Below are positions 38,218 to 49,257 of a stretch of 64,000 nt of DNA, piece after piece. The notes under the pieces were generated by a model, which ran no database searches, was not told where the DNA came from, and was given only the letters and a program-made list of their open reading frames with translations. The translations under genes and the position numbers were made by a program. The DNA lies in assembly GCA_028718745.1 (NCBI GenBank), contig JAQULF010000001.1, positions 31,666-95,665 of the forward strand. Reading direction: 5' to 3'. The stretch comes from Patescibacteria group bacterium (GTDB lineage: Bacteria > Patescibacteriota > JACPGU01). Every line of letters starts with the position of its first letter. Within the stretch, counting starts at the first letter, position 1.

Positions 38218-38784
38218 TTATAAGGGAGTATCTGCATTTCTCATCTCCTGAACTTCGTTAACAATTTTTTCTAGACCCAATGCTTTGGTGATCGCCCCTG
38301 CTTTCGCATGGCCAAAAGCGCAGGATAACACTGTCGCGGCTACTGCAAGAAAGATAGCTAAAACAACAATTAATACATAAGAAATGTATTTTTTTGAGAT
38401 TTTTACCAGTTTTTTTTGCAACTCAATATCGTTACAAGTATGCGCTTTATAAATTACCAGAATATCAATAAAAATAACCAGATTAATAAAGCTAACCAAC
38501 ATAATCAGCTGCGTAGTAAGCTGAAAAGGAATAAATATGATGGGAAGTGCCAGGGAAAATGCCAAAAAATAAAGACCCCAACGGGTTAATCTGATTATTC
38601 CGATCATTCCAATAATAATAAACAGAGCGCTGATACCACTTAAAATACCGCGAAAATCAAGTACCAGAATATTGGGCAGATTCAAAAGTAGTGTCGACAT
38701 CCCCAGCAAAAACAAGACCAATGAACAAACTGTAATCGGATATTTAATCTCTTTTTTAATATCAATCTCTTTTTTGTTTTTCAA
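38218..38784 (-). CDS. Hypothetical membrane protein
   Basis: About five hydrophobic segments. Confidence 0.7.
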   Translation of the reverse strand: MKNKKEIDIKKEIKYPITVCSLVLFLLGMSTLLLNLPNILVLDFRGILSGISALFIIIGMIGIIRLTRWGLYFLAFSLALPIIFIPFQLTTQLIMLVSFINLVIFIDILVIYKAHTCNDIELQKKLVKISKKYISYVLIVVLAIFLAVAATVLSCAFGHAKAGAITKALGLEKIVNEVQEMRNADTPL

Positions 38785-38915
38785 TTTTTCTTTTTGTAGT
38801 ACTTTGGCTCAAGGCCTATATGAAAGGGATTTTATCTAAATTCTATAACTTTTGATATTTTTGTCAAATCATTATTTTTTTGATATAATAAGAAAAATAT
38901 TAGTAAACTAAATCT

Positions 38916-39674
38916 ATGGAAAACATTCTTTGGTATGTAGGAGGATTTTTGTTCGTTCTGATTTGCGCATCGATCAAAGTCGTTCAGCAGTATGAAAAAG
39001 GCGTCGTTTTTCTTTTCGGAAAAGTAACCGGAGAAAAAGCCCCGGGATTGCGTTGGGTCTGGCCAATTGTTGAGAGTATGCGAAAAGTACCCCTAAGAAT
39101 TGTAACTATGCCGATTCCTTCGCAAAAAATTATTACCAAAGATAATGTGTCCATTGATGTAGCGGCAGTGGCCTATTTTAAGGTGGTGGACGCGACTAAA
39201 TCAATTGTGGCAATCCAAGATGTTTATAGCGCCGTCAACCAGATCGCGCAAACAACTGTCAGAAATATCGTAGGACAATTTCGACTGGATGAAATATTGT
39301 CCGATACCGCCAAAATTAACGAGCAAATCAGCGGTATCATCGATACCCACACGGAACCTTGGGGTATATTGGTTACTACCGTAGAGATCAAAGATATTCA
39401 ATTGCCCGAAGGAATGCAAAGAGCGATGGCGAAAGAGGCCGAAGCGGAAAGAGAAAAAAGAGCTAAAATTATCTCCGCTGAAGGAGAACTTTTGGCAGCC
39501 GACAAACTTGGCCAAGCCTCTGATATTATTGCCAAGCATCCGATCGCTTTGCAACTTCGTAATCTCCAAGTTCTCTCCGAAATCGCCGTTGAGAAAAATT
39601 CAACTATAATATTTCCGAACCAATTTATGAATACAGTTAGCGAGATTAAAAAGTTTTTTGGAGGAGAGAAATAA
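38916..39674 (+). CDS. SPFH/band-7 (stomatin-like) protein
   Basis: [35 protein letters not shown]. Confidence 0.95.
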   Translation: MENILWYVGGFLFVLICASIKVVQQYEKGVVFLFGKVTGEKAPGLRWVWPIVESMRKVPLRIVTMPIPSQKIITKDNVSIDVAAVAYFKVVDATKSIVAIQDVYSAVNQIAQTTVRNIVGQFRLDEILSDTAKINEQISGIIDTHTEPWGILVTTVEIKDIQLPEGMQRAMAKEAEAEREKRAKIISAEGELLAADKLGQASDIIAKHPIALQLRNLQVLSEIAVEKNSTIIFPNQFMNTVSEIKKFFGGEK

Positions 39675-39702
39675 AGAAATCCACATTAAGCAATTAAATT
39701 TT

Positions 39703-40383
39703 ATGAAACTAAAAACACTTGGCGACTTAAAATCAAGACCTTGGTATAGATTATTGCAAGTTTTTTATACGATTGCTTTCGTTTTGGCGATTGTTTTGAC
39801 TATCGGCATAACGATTGCTGAGAGTATCACAGAAGGTTCAAGAAAGGAAGCTGAACACACCATGGTTAATTGTAATAACGGAAATAAGTATTTATTAAAA
39901 GATATATTAAACAATGTAAATACTTATAGCGATTATATTAATATCTACGAAATAAAGGCTACTTGTATAAGAGGACTCGGCGCGGATTTGTATGATTATC
40001 CAATTACCACACACGCAAAACCTAAGGCTAATAGCTTATTATATCCAAGTCTTCGCAGCACCATAACCACTCCGACTGAATATGTAACTGAACCAACCCA
40101 AACAAAAAATAGCGAGATTGATAAAATGCCTCAAAATTACATGATTGAATGGAGCTATCACAGTTGGGCGCTTATAGTTTTGCTGGGTTTTCTGATATTA
40201 TTGGCCGTAATAATCGTTTTTGAATTTATAAAAAGATGCTTCTACTACATTATTTTGGGTAAGATATTCCCACCAAAAGGACATCTAAAGGAATTTGATG
40301 ACGAGTTGGTATGCCCTACCTGCAACAATGCCATATCTCAAGATGATAAATTCTGCGAGAAATGCGGCAAGAAAACAAGATAA
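39703..40383 (+). CDS. Membrane protein with a C-terminal zinc ribbon
   Basis: RPWYRLLQV, two TM segments, CPTC..FCEKCG. Confidence 0.8.
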   Translation: MKLKTLGDLKSRPWYRLLQVFYTIAFVLAIVLTIGITIAESITEGSRKEAEHTMVNCNNGNKYLLKDILNNVNTYSDYINIYEIKATCIRGLGADLYDYPITTHAKPKANSLLYPSLRSTITTPTEYVTEPTQTKNSEIDKMPQNYMIEWSYHSWALIVLLGFLILLAVIIVFEFIKRCFYYIILGKIFPPKGHLKEFDDELVCPTCNNAISQDDKFCEKCGKKTR

Positions 40384-40401
40384 TATCATAATTATCAAAA
40401 T

Positions 40402-41259
40402 ATGTTCTGCAAACAATGCGGTACAAAAATAGGCGAAGATGCGATTTTTTGTTCTAAATGCGGAGTGAAGACAGGTAGTGCAACTGATATTCCCCGAAAA
40501 GAAAAAACACAACCAATTACTGTGGTACCTGCAAGCAATAAATATTCTCACTTTTTGCATGATAGCAAAAAGGCAACCGAAGATAAGGTCATATTCGATC
40601 TTGATGGAAAAGAAGTAATAGTTTTTATTGAGAAATTGGGAATAAAAAATTCCGCTTTTGTCGTATCCGTCAACAGCAAAGAGTCTTACCGATGCGATTG
40701 GGAATCATTTGAGAAAAGCGGCAAAAAATTGAATGTAAGCGGTCATGTCGTTGAAGTAAAATATAAAAAAGTGAGCAACAGCTTTTCACTTTGGAATATA
40801 GTGCCGAAAGAAAAAGGTCTCATAGTAAAAATAGATGGAAAGTCTTTAAGGGGAACTGTTGGCGATCCAATCAAAAAGATTGAAGAAGCGGGAGGAGCTC
40901 TCGCGTTTTACATAATCAGTATTATACTGACATGGATATTTATGATTTCATCAACTTCGGATCCTGCTTTGCTCTCTCTTGTCTCATTCTTTTCGCTAGT
41001 TTTAGTTTTGTTCATAATGTACCTGATAATATACAGAAAATCTTTGGTGGGTTTATTGTTGGGTACCGTTCTCGCTATGATAGAATTAATTACATGGTTT
41101 GACAGTACTGCAAGTAGCAGTAAAACCTCATCAGGAGCCATGGTAGTCTGGGCGATACTTCGAATAGGAATAATTTATTATTTGATTAATGGCATTATCG
41201 CTGCTATAAAGGTTATGAAATATAATAGAAAAAATAGATCTTTGGTCGGAGAAAAATAA
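40402..41259 (+). CDS. Membrane protein with an N-terminal zinc ribbon
   Basis: MFCKQCG..FCSKCG; four C-terminal TM segments. Confidence 0.8.
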   Translation: MFCKQCGTKIGEDAIFCSKCGVKTGSATDIPRKEKTQPITVVPASNKYSHFLHDSKKATEDKVIFDLDGKEVIVFIEKLGIKNSAFVVSVNSKESYRCDWESFEKSGKKLNVSGHVVEVKYKKVSNSFSLWNIVPKEKGLIVKIDGKSLRGTVGDPIKKIEEAGGALAFYIISIILTWIFMISSTSDPALLSLVSFFSLVLVLFIMYLIIYRKSLVGLLLGTVLAMIELITWFDSTASSSKTSSGAMVVWAILRIGIIYYLINGIIAAIKVMKYNRKNRSLVGEK

Positions 41260-41268
41260 ACAAAAACT

Positions 41269-41610
41269 ATGCCAAACATTTTACAGCCAATTGTTATCAT
41301 TTTAGCGGGCGTATCAATCGGCGTTGCTGATTTTTTGATTAAAAAAATAGCTCTGAAAGGAGGTTTTCTACTTGCGTTGAAGGATCCATGGATGATCGCT
41401 ATAATTGTTCTCTATTTTATTCAAATAGCTTTTCTCTTTTATGTCTTTAGAAATCAAGGAAAGATCGGTATCGTTGGAAATTTGCAAATGGTATTTTATT
41501 CTCTAACAGTTGTTATTCTGGGATTAGTCGTCTTCGGTGAAAAAATTTCGATTGTCCAAGGAGTGGGAATACTTCTAGCAGTAATTGGCGCGATATTAAT
41601 GAGTGTTTAA
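41269..41610 (+). CDS. Small DMT/EamA-like transporter
   Basis: Four TM segments; GLVVFGEKISIVQGVGI. Confidence 0.8.
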   Translation: MPNILQPIVIILAGVSIGVADFLIKKIALKGGFLLALKDPWMIAIIVLYFIQIAFLFYVFRNQGKIGIVGNLQMVFYSLTVVILGLVVFGEKISIVQGVGILLAVIGAILMSV

Positions 41611-41624
41611 TTAACTTTATTTTT

Positions 41625-42272
41625 ATGAAAAAAATCATCGCAATTATTGTTTTAATTTTAATTATCATTGGTGGCATTTTGGTTTGGAGTTCTTATTCTA
41701 ATAAACCAAAAGGCCAACCGGTTAGTCCGGCTGTTTGCACACAAGAGGCAAAACAATGTCCGGATGGATCTTTCGTTGGCAGAAGCGGTCCGAATTGCGA
41801 ATTTCAAGCGTGTCCAACAGCAACTCAACCGCAAACCAATGCCGGTTGGAAAATTTCTACCGACAAAACCACCGGAATTAGCTTCCAATATCCCGAAACT
41901 TTGGGAACAAAATATATTTCTACTCAAGAATGGCCACCAAAAATAACAATAAGGGATGATCTCTCTTATAGCTGCGCAGTGGGTACTTCAACAGTTGAAT
42001 CCTTTCCGCCAATCGCAACCTCATCCGCAACAGTTAATGGCAGATCTTATTGCATTACTGTTTTCAACGAAGGAGCAGCTGGCTCAATCTACAAAAAATA
42101 TAGTTACTATACCGATTATAATGGCGGAATAATCTATGCTGATTTTGTTCTTCAATATCCTCAATGCGCAAACTACCCCTATCCGCAAATGACAGAATGC
42201 AATAATGAGAGAACATCTTTTGATCTCAATAGTCTAATAGACCAAATTGTAAAAAGCGTGAATGTTAACTAA
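41625..42272 (+). CDS. Exported Cys-rich protein
   Basis: N-terminal anchor; CTQEAKQCPDGSFVGRSGPNCEFQACP; EGAAGS. Confidence 0.82.
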   Translation: MKKIIAIIVLILIIIGGILVWSSYSNKPKGQPVSPAVCTQEAKQCPDGSFVGRSGPNCEFQACPTATQPQTNAGWKISTDKTTGISFQYPETLGTKYISTQEWPPKITIRDDLSYSCAVGTSTVESFPPIATSSATVNGRSYCITVFNEGAAGSIYKKYSYYTDYNGGIIYADFVLQYPQCANYPYPQMTECNNERTSFDLNSLIDQIVKSVNVN

Positions 42273-42455
42273 AATTATTATCTTTTCTCCACTAGAAACG
42301 CGATATAGTTTTTCCGATAAAAATTGACTTATGTAAGCAAATAATATATAATACTATGTATATTAGATATGTCCTTTAATAGACAATTTTTAAAGATTTT
42401 TTATTTTGATGATAATAAATTGAAATAAAAAAAATGAAAACAAGGAGATGGGGCC

Positions 42456-44450
42456 ATGAAGAAGAACAAGGCGGGTTCGGCTGTTCCGGTGTTGGAATAC
42501 CCGGAGATCGATCTGTGGAAGAGGAAATCGTCTCCAGAAGATTCCCTCCAGATCATCAACAAGGAAGATTTCCCATTCGATCAGATCATGGAAAATCTGG
42601 GGCTTGAATGCCGAAGATCGCTGGCAGGAAGCTTCGGTATTCGCGACATCACCGAGATCGTGAGGCGTCAGGAACTCATGAAGCTCATCATGTATGAAAG
42701 AAAGCTTTGTGAATTCCTGATCAAGGAGAAGAATCTGGCTACAGATTTCCCCCAAGATCACAACAGCTTCATCCAGTACCACAATCCGGACAGGGTTCAT
42801 AACCCCTTCTGGACAAGGATTCATGAACTGCTGGAAATGCTGGATAGGATGCCAGTTCGCGATGCGGAGCTCGTAAAGCTTCGCACCTTCCTGAAGTCAT
42901 CGCTCAAGTTCGAGGAAATCGAGCGGGTAATGGCGCGGCGCATCATTGAAAAAATGGATGCGATGGCCGTCATTGAGGGAAGTATCACCTTCAAACTGGG
43001 TAAAGCATTAAATACAGATAAGGTGATAAGGAAGCAGGTCTACGGATATCGCATCTACTCGCTTTCACTAAGCAACGCCGGTAAACAGCCATACCCGGCG
43101 TGGACGAAGCAAGCGGGCTGTATGAAAACGATCAAGATTACCCGTATCGGCGAAATCTATACCGACTGGCGTAACGATCAGGAGCTTGCGACGGCGCTCA
43201 AAGGCAGAGAAATCACGGATCTGAGCGAAGAAATGATCCGGGATATAAGCGATGCAACCAATCTGTTACTCCAGAATTGGGATGACAATCGCATCAAAGA
43301 CACAGAATTAGGGAGAGAAATCCGGAACAGGTTCAATGGCGGTATAGTTAGTGTGAGCTTCGCGTACAGCATCGAAGGGCTGAAGCTCCATATTTACAAT
43401 CTCGAACCGACGCCGGAAATCCGCTCCTTTTCCTATGAGTACCCCGTGTGTATTCCGCGCAGGGAGGGCAAGAAAATCATCACTATGCGTGCACGGATTG
43501 CGACGAAAACGGAACAGTTCATTCGGCAGATGAACGCGGGTGCGGTGGCATATTTTCTGAAGGACGGAAATATCGAGTTCTTCGATAAAGAGCACCGCGT
43601 CAGCTCATCCAGATTCGACGAAGAGCACAAGCACTTTGCTCTCCCGAATATCTTCAAAGATCCCGAGATCAAGCCGATCGCGGATGCATTGCTGAAGTTG
43701 CGCAGGTTCTGCGCTGACCAGTTTGAAATCCTGGGACAGCTCGCGGAGCTTGTCAGCAATTGCAAGGCGCTCGCGGACAGAATCGGATCGCCCATAACCT
43801 TCCCGGAAATCTTGCCGGATTCACAAAACATCGTCGCATTTGAGGAACTATTTCCCGTTCATCTGGCATTGCAAAATCGGGGCGCAGACAGTGGAAAGAT
43901 TGTGCCGATCAGGCGACTCCCGCCTGTGAACGGATCGATGTTGGCACTGACAGGTGCGCACGGCGGCGGCAAAACCGTGACCGAGCTGACGCTCGCCATC
44001 AATCTTTGGCTGGCACAGAGCGGTCTGCCGGTATTCGGCAAGGGTTTCAAATTCAACATCAAAGATACAATCGGGCTGGTCTTCATCAATCGCGGAGAAG
44101 GATCCACCTGTGAGCAGCTCGTGACGAAAATCATGGAAATCCTGGTTGTGCTCAAAGTATCCGACCACAAGAAAATTCTCGTCATCATCGACGAGTTGGG
44201 TACGGGTACACAGGAGGAGAGCGGACTCGAGCTGGGCAGGGATCTGCTCAAAAAGCTCCATGCCGAACACACCAGTGTGCTTTTCAGCACGCAGATTACA
44301 CTACTAGCGCAGTTTGCAGTGGACAATCTCGGCGCGCAGAGCTTCATGTTCGCGCCCGACCACAGCATTCTACCTGGCATCGGAAAGGGAGGCATGGAAG
44401 ATCTTCGATCGAGACTGGGAGTGGATAAACTGCTCTTGGTCGAAAATTGA
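42456..44450 (+). CDS. Protein with a C-terminal MutS domain V-like ATPase
   Basis: LTGAHGGGKT, LAQSGLPV, GEGST, IIDELGTGT, FSTQ. Confidence 0.8.
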   Translation: MKKNKAGSAVPVLEYPEIDLWKRKSSPEDSLQIINKEDFPFDQIMENLGLECRRSLAGSFGIRDITEIVRRQELMKLIMYERKLCEFLIKEKNLATDFPQDHNSFIQYHNPDRVHNPFWTRIHELLEMLDRMPVRDAELVKLRTFLKSSLKFEEIERVMARRIIEKMDAMAVIEGSITFKLGKALNTDKVIRKQVYGYRIYSLSLSNAGKQPYPAWTKQAGCMKTIKITRIGEIYTDWRNDQELATALKGREITDLSEEMIRDISDATNLLLQNWDDNRIKDTELGREIRNRFNGGIVSVSFAYSIEGLKLHIYNLEPTPEIRSFSYEYPVCIPRREGKKIITMRARIATKTEQFIRQMNAGAVAYFLKDGNIEFFDKEHRVSSSRFDEEHKHFALPNIFKDPEIKPIADALLKLRRFCADQFEILGQLAELVSNCKALADRIGSPITFPEILPDSQNIVAFEELFPVHLALQNRGADSGKIVPIRRLPPVNGSMLALTGAHGGGKTVTELTLAINLWLAQSGLPVFGKGFKFNIKDTIGLVFINRGEGSTCEQLVTKIMEILVVLKVSDHKKILVIIDELGTGTQEESGLELGRDLLKKLHAEHTSVLFSTQITLLAQFAVDNLGAQSFMFAPDHSILPGIGKGGMEDLRSRLGVDKLLLVEN

Positions 44451-44522
44451 TTTCCGAGCCATACCTATTCAATCACTTCAAGTTCACAGTTCCGCCGCGG
44501 ATAAATCCCGCGGCGGATTTTT

Positions 44523-46304
44523 TTATGTTCTCCTTGCTCTATTCCGATCATTCTCTGTGAGATACTTTTTTCTCAACCGAATACTTTTCGGAGTTATTTC
44601 GAGATATTCGTCGTCGCTCATTGTTTCCATTCCTCTTTCGATGTTAAGTTTAACCGGTGGAACCAGTTTGATCGCTTCATCATTTCCCGCGGCGCGGGTA
44701 TTGGTTAGCTGTTTTCCTTTGGTCGGATTAACCGCCATATCATTTCCTTTAGCGCAGTTGCCAATTACCATACCCTCGTAAACTTCAGTGTTGGCGTCAA
44801 TATATAATTGTCCACGATCTTGTAGATTCCAAAGCGCAAAGCCGAGAGCCTTGCCGGTCGCCATAGAAATCATTGAACCTAATTCATTTTTCTCGATCTC
44901 GCCAACGAATTCTTTGAATCCAATTACGCGCGAATAAAGAATTCCTTCGCCTTTAGTGTCTATGATAAATTCTCCGCGATAGCCCAAAAGCCCGCGGGTT
45001 GGTATCTCATAAATAATGCGAGTGTGTCCACCTTCAGGTGTCATTTCCAGCAATTTGCCCTTTCTCTTGTTTAACTTTGCAATTACCGTTCCTGACAATT
45101 CATCCGGAACACTGATGGTTACTTCTTCAAACGGTTCCAGTTTAACTCCACTCTCTTCTTTTATAATCACTTGCGGTTGAGAAATTTGAACCTCAAAACC
45201 TTCCCTTCTCATATTTTCAAGTAATATTGAAATGTGAAGCTCGCCCCTACCAAAAACTTTGTAGGAATCATTAGAGGAAAAATCAATTTTTAGCCCCACA
45301 TTCACTTCCAACTCTTTTTTCAATCTTTCTTTAATTTGACGATTAGTCACAAATTTTCCTTCGCGACCGGCAAATGGAGAGTTATTTACTAAAAAGCTTA
45401 GACAAATTGTCGGTTCATCAATTTTTATTTCCGGCAATGCCTCTTGGTCTTTGTCTAGACATATAGTTTCTCCGATAAAAATATCGGGGATTCCGGCGAT
45501 CATGACTATATCGCCTCCGTAAGCTTCGGAAACTTCTTGGCGCTCTATGCCGTTGAAATTAAAAAGCTTGGTAATCTTGCCATTGCGAACTGAACCGTCA
45601 GTTTTTTTAACGATCACATTGGAAGGCGCTTTGATGGTGCCCTCGTAAATTCTACCAACAGCAAGCCTACCCAAAAAATTATCATAGGCCAGATTGAATG
45701 GCTGAAAACGAAGTGGAAGATCCGGTTCTGATCGAGCCGGTGGAACCACACGAAGGATTGTGTCGAGCAATGGTGTTAGGTCAGAAGAATTGTCTTCCAG
45801 TTTTAATTTGGCTATGCCGTCTCGTCCGACAGCATAGACAGTTTCAAAGTCTAATTGCTCGTCGGTCGCGCCAAGATCGTAAAATAATTCAAAAACCAGT
45901 TCCTGGACAATTTCGGGACGGGCTGCCGGCTTGTCTATTTTGTTGATTATAACAATAGGCTTGAGACCAAGCTCAAGCGATTTTTTCAAAACGAACTTGG
46001 TTTGAGGCATCGGCCCTTCCTGCGCGTCTACGACGAGCAATACTGAATCAATGGAGCGTAAAACTCGCTCAACTTCCGATCCGAAATCGGCGTGTCCGGG
46101 AGTATCTACGATATTGATCTTGGTATCTTTGTAGAAAATTGAAGTATTTTTTGAGTAAATAGTAATACCGCGCTCTTTTTCCAGAGCGTTATTGTCCATG
46201 CTTACTCCTTCAGCCACAACGCCAGTCTGGCGCATCAAGGCATCCGTAAGCAAAGTTTTTCCATGATCTACATGGGCGATAATAGCTATATTCCTAATAT
46301 CCAT
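44523..46304 (-). CDS. typA: Translational GTPase TypA/BipA
   Basis: [40 protein letters not shown]. Confidence 0.97.
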   Translation of the reverse strand: MDIRNIAIIAHVDHGKTLLTDALMRQTGVVAEGVSMDNNALEKERGITIYSKNTSIFYKDTKINIVDTPGHADFGSEVERVLRSIDSVLLVVDAQEGPMPQTKFVLKKSLELGLKPIVIINKIDKPAARPEIVQELVFELFYDLGATDEQLDFETVYAVGRDGIAKLKLEDNSSDLTPLLDTILRVVPPARSEPDLPLRFQPFNLAYDNFLGRLAVGRIYEGTIKAPSNVIVKKTDGSVRNGKITKLFNFNGIERQEVSEAYGGDIVMIAGIPDIFIGETICLDKDQEALPEIKIDEPTICLSFLVNNSPFAGREGKFVTNRQIKERLKKELEVNVGLKIDFSSNDSYKVFGRGELHISILLENMRREGFEVQISQPQVIIKEESGVKLEPFEEVTISVPDELSGTVIAKLNKRKGKLLEMTPEGGHTRIIYEIPTRGLLGYRGEFIIDTKGEGILYSRVIGFKEFVGEIEKNELGSMISMATGKALGFALWNLQDRGQLYIDANTEVYEGMVIGNCAKGNDMAVNPTKGKQLTNTRAAGNDEAIKLVPPVKLNIERGMETMSDDEYLEITPKSIRLRKKYLTENDRNRARRT

Positions 46305-46311
46305 TTTTTTC

Positions 46312-46470
46312 TGTCATCCTCGAACTCTATTTCAACTTAACCAAAAATATATATAAAAAAGTTGAAGAGAATATCAAGGATCTGCTATTTTATTGTGCTA
46401 AATTACTTTTTTTATTCCTGTCAGAGATCCTTGATTTCCTGATGAGTACATCAGGAGCTCGAGGATGACA
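46312..46470. repeat. TGTCAT-family palindromic MITE-like element upstream of typA
   Basis: 12-bp terminal inverted repeat TGTCATCCTCGA/TCGAGGATGACA. Confidence 0.88.
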
Positions 46471-46607
46471 ACCAAGAAACAAAAAATCGCGACATTGTTC
46501 TCGGCACACTTAGCGTCGCGAAGTAACTTAATTAGTATACACAAAACCGCCTTTTTAGTCAATAGTTTTTGATTTGCGTAAAAATTTCTTTGTGTTAGAA
46601 TGTCGTT

Positions 46608-47090
46608 ATGAACAATGCCTTGCTTGTGATTATCTTTTTTGTACTTATGCTTCCCGGAATTGCCGGCGCATTTTTGCCTTTGCCGGGGTTGCTTTATATG
46701 TTTATAATTTCCCTAATCTACGGATTCGTAGATAAATTCGCGCATTTGCAACTTTGGGAACTGGGAGTCTTGGCGGGAATTATGATTCTTTCTACGGTTA
46801 ACGATTATCTGTCGGGCATGCTCGGCGCCAAATATGGCGGGGCAGCGCAAAAATCAATGCTTTATGGAATTATCGGAATGATTATAGGATTAATAATTTT
46901 TCCTCCATTTGGAGGACTAGTCGGAGTATTTGTCGGAATTTTAATCGCCGAATTGATTCGTGGAACTAATCAAGAAAAAGCTGTCCGCGCCGCCACCGGA
47001 GGATTGGTCGGATCCATTGTTGGAATGATCGTAACACTAGTTCTGGCAATTATATTTCTATTCCTTTTCACTATATTTGCAGTAAAATAA
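46608..47090 (+). CDS. DUF456 family membrane protein
   Basis: LPLPG, DYLSGMLGAKYGG, PFGGLVGVFVG..AEL. Confidence 0.9.
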   Translation: MNNALLVIIFFVLMLPGIAGAFLPLPGLLYMFIISLIYGFVDKFAHLQLWELGVLAGIMILSTVNDYLSGMLGAKYGGAAQKSMLYGIIGMIIGLIIFPPFGGLVGVFVGILIAELIRGTNQEKAVRAATGGLVGSIVGMIVTLVLAIIFLFLFTIFAVK

Positions 47091-47094
47091 ATTT

Positions 47095-47892
47095 ATGAAT
47101 GAGATACCAGAAGATATATATTTTCCTCCTTTTGAAAGACCTCCTTTTAAAAAGTTGGAAAGTAGCGGGATTCACAGAGTATTAAAGACTCCAAAGGGAA
47201 ATGATAATCTGCTAGTAAAAGAGATACCACTTTTTCATCAAAACCCCGAAGAGGTCACAATTGAATATAATAAAAAACGACAGCTCTTTAAGGATTTTTC
47301 AAAAAGATATGACATTAATGCGCCTGATGTAAATTATGTCATAGGTCCTATTTCGGAACTATCATATAAAAGAGGTGAATATGGTTCATCTTTATATCAG
47401 GTAAAGGACAAGATTCATGGGATAGAATTTAATGAGAACGAAAAAATACCCGGGAATATACCAATCAAGAAAGAAGAGTTGCCAAAATTTAAAGAGGATA
47501 CAGAAAATTTATTAGCCTCTTTATCTCGCTACTTTTTAGACACTTACAAAGAAGATGGTTTATATATGGATGATATATTTCGTCCAAGACAATATGTTTA
47601 TGGTAAAAGAAATGGGGAAACCAAAAATGAAATGTACCTGGTTGATGTTGACGACTTTAAGAGCTTTCCAGAGAATAATGTAGAAAAAAGGCACTGCATG
47701 GAGGATGGATTGATAGACCTAGCCAAAATGATCGTCTACTTTGAGGAGTATCTGGGCAGAATAAAACTTGGGAAGGCTCGTGATGAGTTATCAAAAACGA
47801 CAGAATCAATTTTAGATCAAGAACCATATAGTAAAGAAATATTGTATATGGTAGCAAATATTCTTAACCCAAAGAATAATTATAAAAAATAA
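47095..47892 (+). CDS. Hypothetical protein, weak kinase-like pattern
   Basis: LLVKE, MDDI, YLVD motifs only. Confidence 0.65.
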   Translation: MNEIPEDIYFPPFERPPFKKLESSGIHRVLKTPKGNDNLLVKEIPLFHQNPEEVTIEYNKKRQLFKDFSKRYDINAPDVNYVIGPISELSYKRGEYGSSLYQVKDKIHGIEFNENEKIPGNIPIKKEELPKFKEDTENLLASLSRYFLDTYKEDGLYMDDIFRPRQYVYGKRNGETKNEMYLVDVDDFKSFPENNVEKRHCMEDGLIDLAKMIVYFEEYLGRIKLGKARDELSKTTESILDQEPYSKEILYMVANILNPKNNYKK

Positions 47893-47901
47893 AGTAATTT
47901 T

Positions 47902-48366
47902 ATGAAAAAGAACATTTTGATCACCATTCTCGCAATTCTTGCTCTTGGCCTTGCCGGCTACACAGCTTTCTTGTCATACCAAGAAAAAAATAAGCCGGCA
48001 GTACCGGTGATTACCCAAACACCAGTGCAAAATAATAAACTAAATAACGACAGTCTAAATTCCAGCAACATTCACATTACCGCTCCAATTCAAGGTGATA
48101 CCATCAGCTCACCGGTAAAAATCACCGGGGAGGTTCGTGTTTTTGAAAATCAGTTTGCTATCCGAGTTAAAGATGGAAATGGCAAGGTATTGGTGGAAGA
48201 ACCGGCCATGGGCGAGAATGGCGATGCTGGACAATTTAATTCATTTGAAAAAGAAATTGACTATCCTAAATCAACCACGGATAGCGGGACAATTGAAGTT
48301 TTTGATTATTCCGCCAAAGACGGTTCTGAAATTGACAAAGTAACTATTCCGGTAAAATTTAAATAA
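47902..48366 (+). CDS. Membrane-anchored Gmad2-like Ig domain protein
   Basis: ITAPIQGDTISSPVKITG..FE..SAKDGSE. Confidence 0.85.
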   Translation: MKKNILITILAILALGLAGYTAFLSYQEKNKPAVPVITQTPVQNNKLNNDSLNSSNIHITAPIQGDTISSPVKITGEVRVFENQFAIRVKDGNGKVLVEEPAMGENGDAGQFNSFEKEIDYPKSTTDSGTIEVFDYSAKDGSEIDKVTIPVKFK

Positions 48367-48431
48367 TTTAGTCATAACCCCAGTCAAATTAAAGTCTATT
48401 TGACGGGGTAAATATAAACTAAAATAAAAAT

Positions 48432-49193
48432 ATGGAACAAAATCGTTTTGACTTATCAAACCGCCTCTACTTTCTGGTATTGGCCGTGGGAATTTTACTA
48501 TTAATTCTGCTGGGCGTTTCCGCTTATTCGATTCAAAAGGCTGCTTCGGGCAATGCGCCTCGTGAAATCTCGTTTGACGGAGAAGGCAAAGTTTATGCCA
48601 AGCCGGATTTGGCAATTTTGCAGCTGGGCGTAACCAGTGAGGCTACCACATCCGAAGAAGTGGTAACGGCAAATAATAACAAGATGAATGGCATTACCGC
48701 GGCAATTAAGGCTTTGGGAGTAGTCGATACCGATATCGAAACGACTAATTATAATCTTTCGCCCAAATATAATTATACCGATAACAGGGGCAGTTTTATC
48801 GACGGCTATACTCTCAATCAAGATGTTCAGGTAAAAATCAGAGATTTTGATAAAATCAGCGCGGTTATTCAAAAAGCAACCTCTCTGGGAGCTAATACTA
48901 TCAATCAACTGCAATTTACCATTGATAATCCGGAGAAATTAAAAGCTCAAGCCGCCGATATTGCGATTGGTAAGGCTAAAGAGAAAGCTGCGAGCATTGC
49001 CAGCGCTTCCGGTTTAAAACTGGGAAAGATAGTTAATGTCTATGAAAGCGGCGGTTTAGTTAGCCCAACCCCGATGTACGGCGCAGCCGATAAAGCTACC
49101 GGTATGGGCGGAGGAAGCATACCTGCCCCGGATATCCAAACCGGCCAACAGGAAATTACAGTAACGATGAGTCTGACTTATCAGGTGAATTAA
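48432..49193 (+). CDS. SIMPL (DUF541) domain protein
   Basis: GEGKVYAKPDLA, GANTI, AKEKA..LG. Confidence 0.92.
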   Translation: MEQNRFDLSNRLYFLVLAVGILLLILLGVSAYSIQKAASGNAPREISFDGEGKVYAKPDLAILQLGVTSEATTSEEVVTANNNKMNGITAAIKALGVVDTDIETTNYNLSPKYNYTDNRGSFIDGYTLNQDVQVKIRDFDKISAVIQKATSLGANTINQLQFTIDNPEKLKAQAADIAIGKAKEKAASIASASGLKLGKIVNVYESGGLVSPTPMYGAADKATGMGGGSIPAPDIQTGQQEITVTMSLTYQVN

Positions 49194-49257
49194 AAGCGAA
49201 AAATAATTTTTTAAGGGCGCGATTCTATTGCGCCCTTTTTTGTGGTAAAATATCTTT

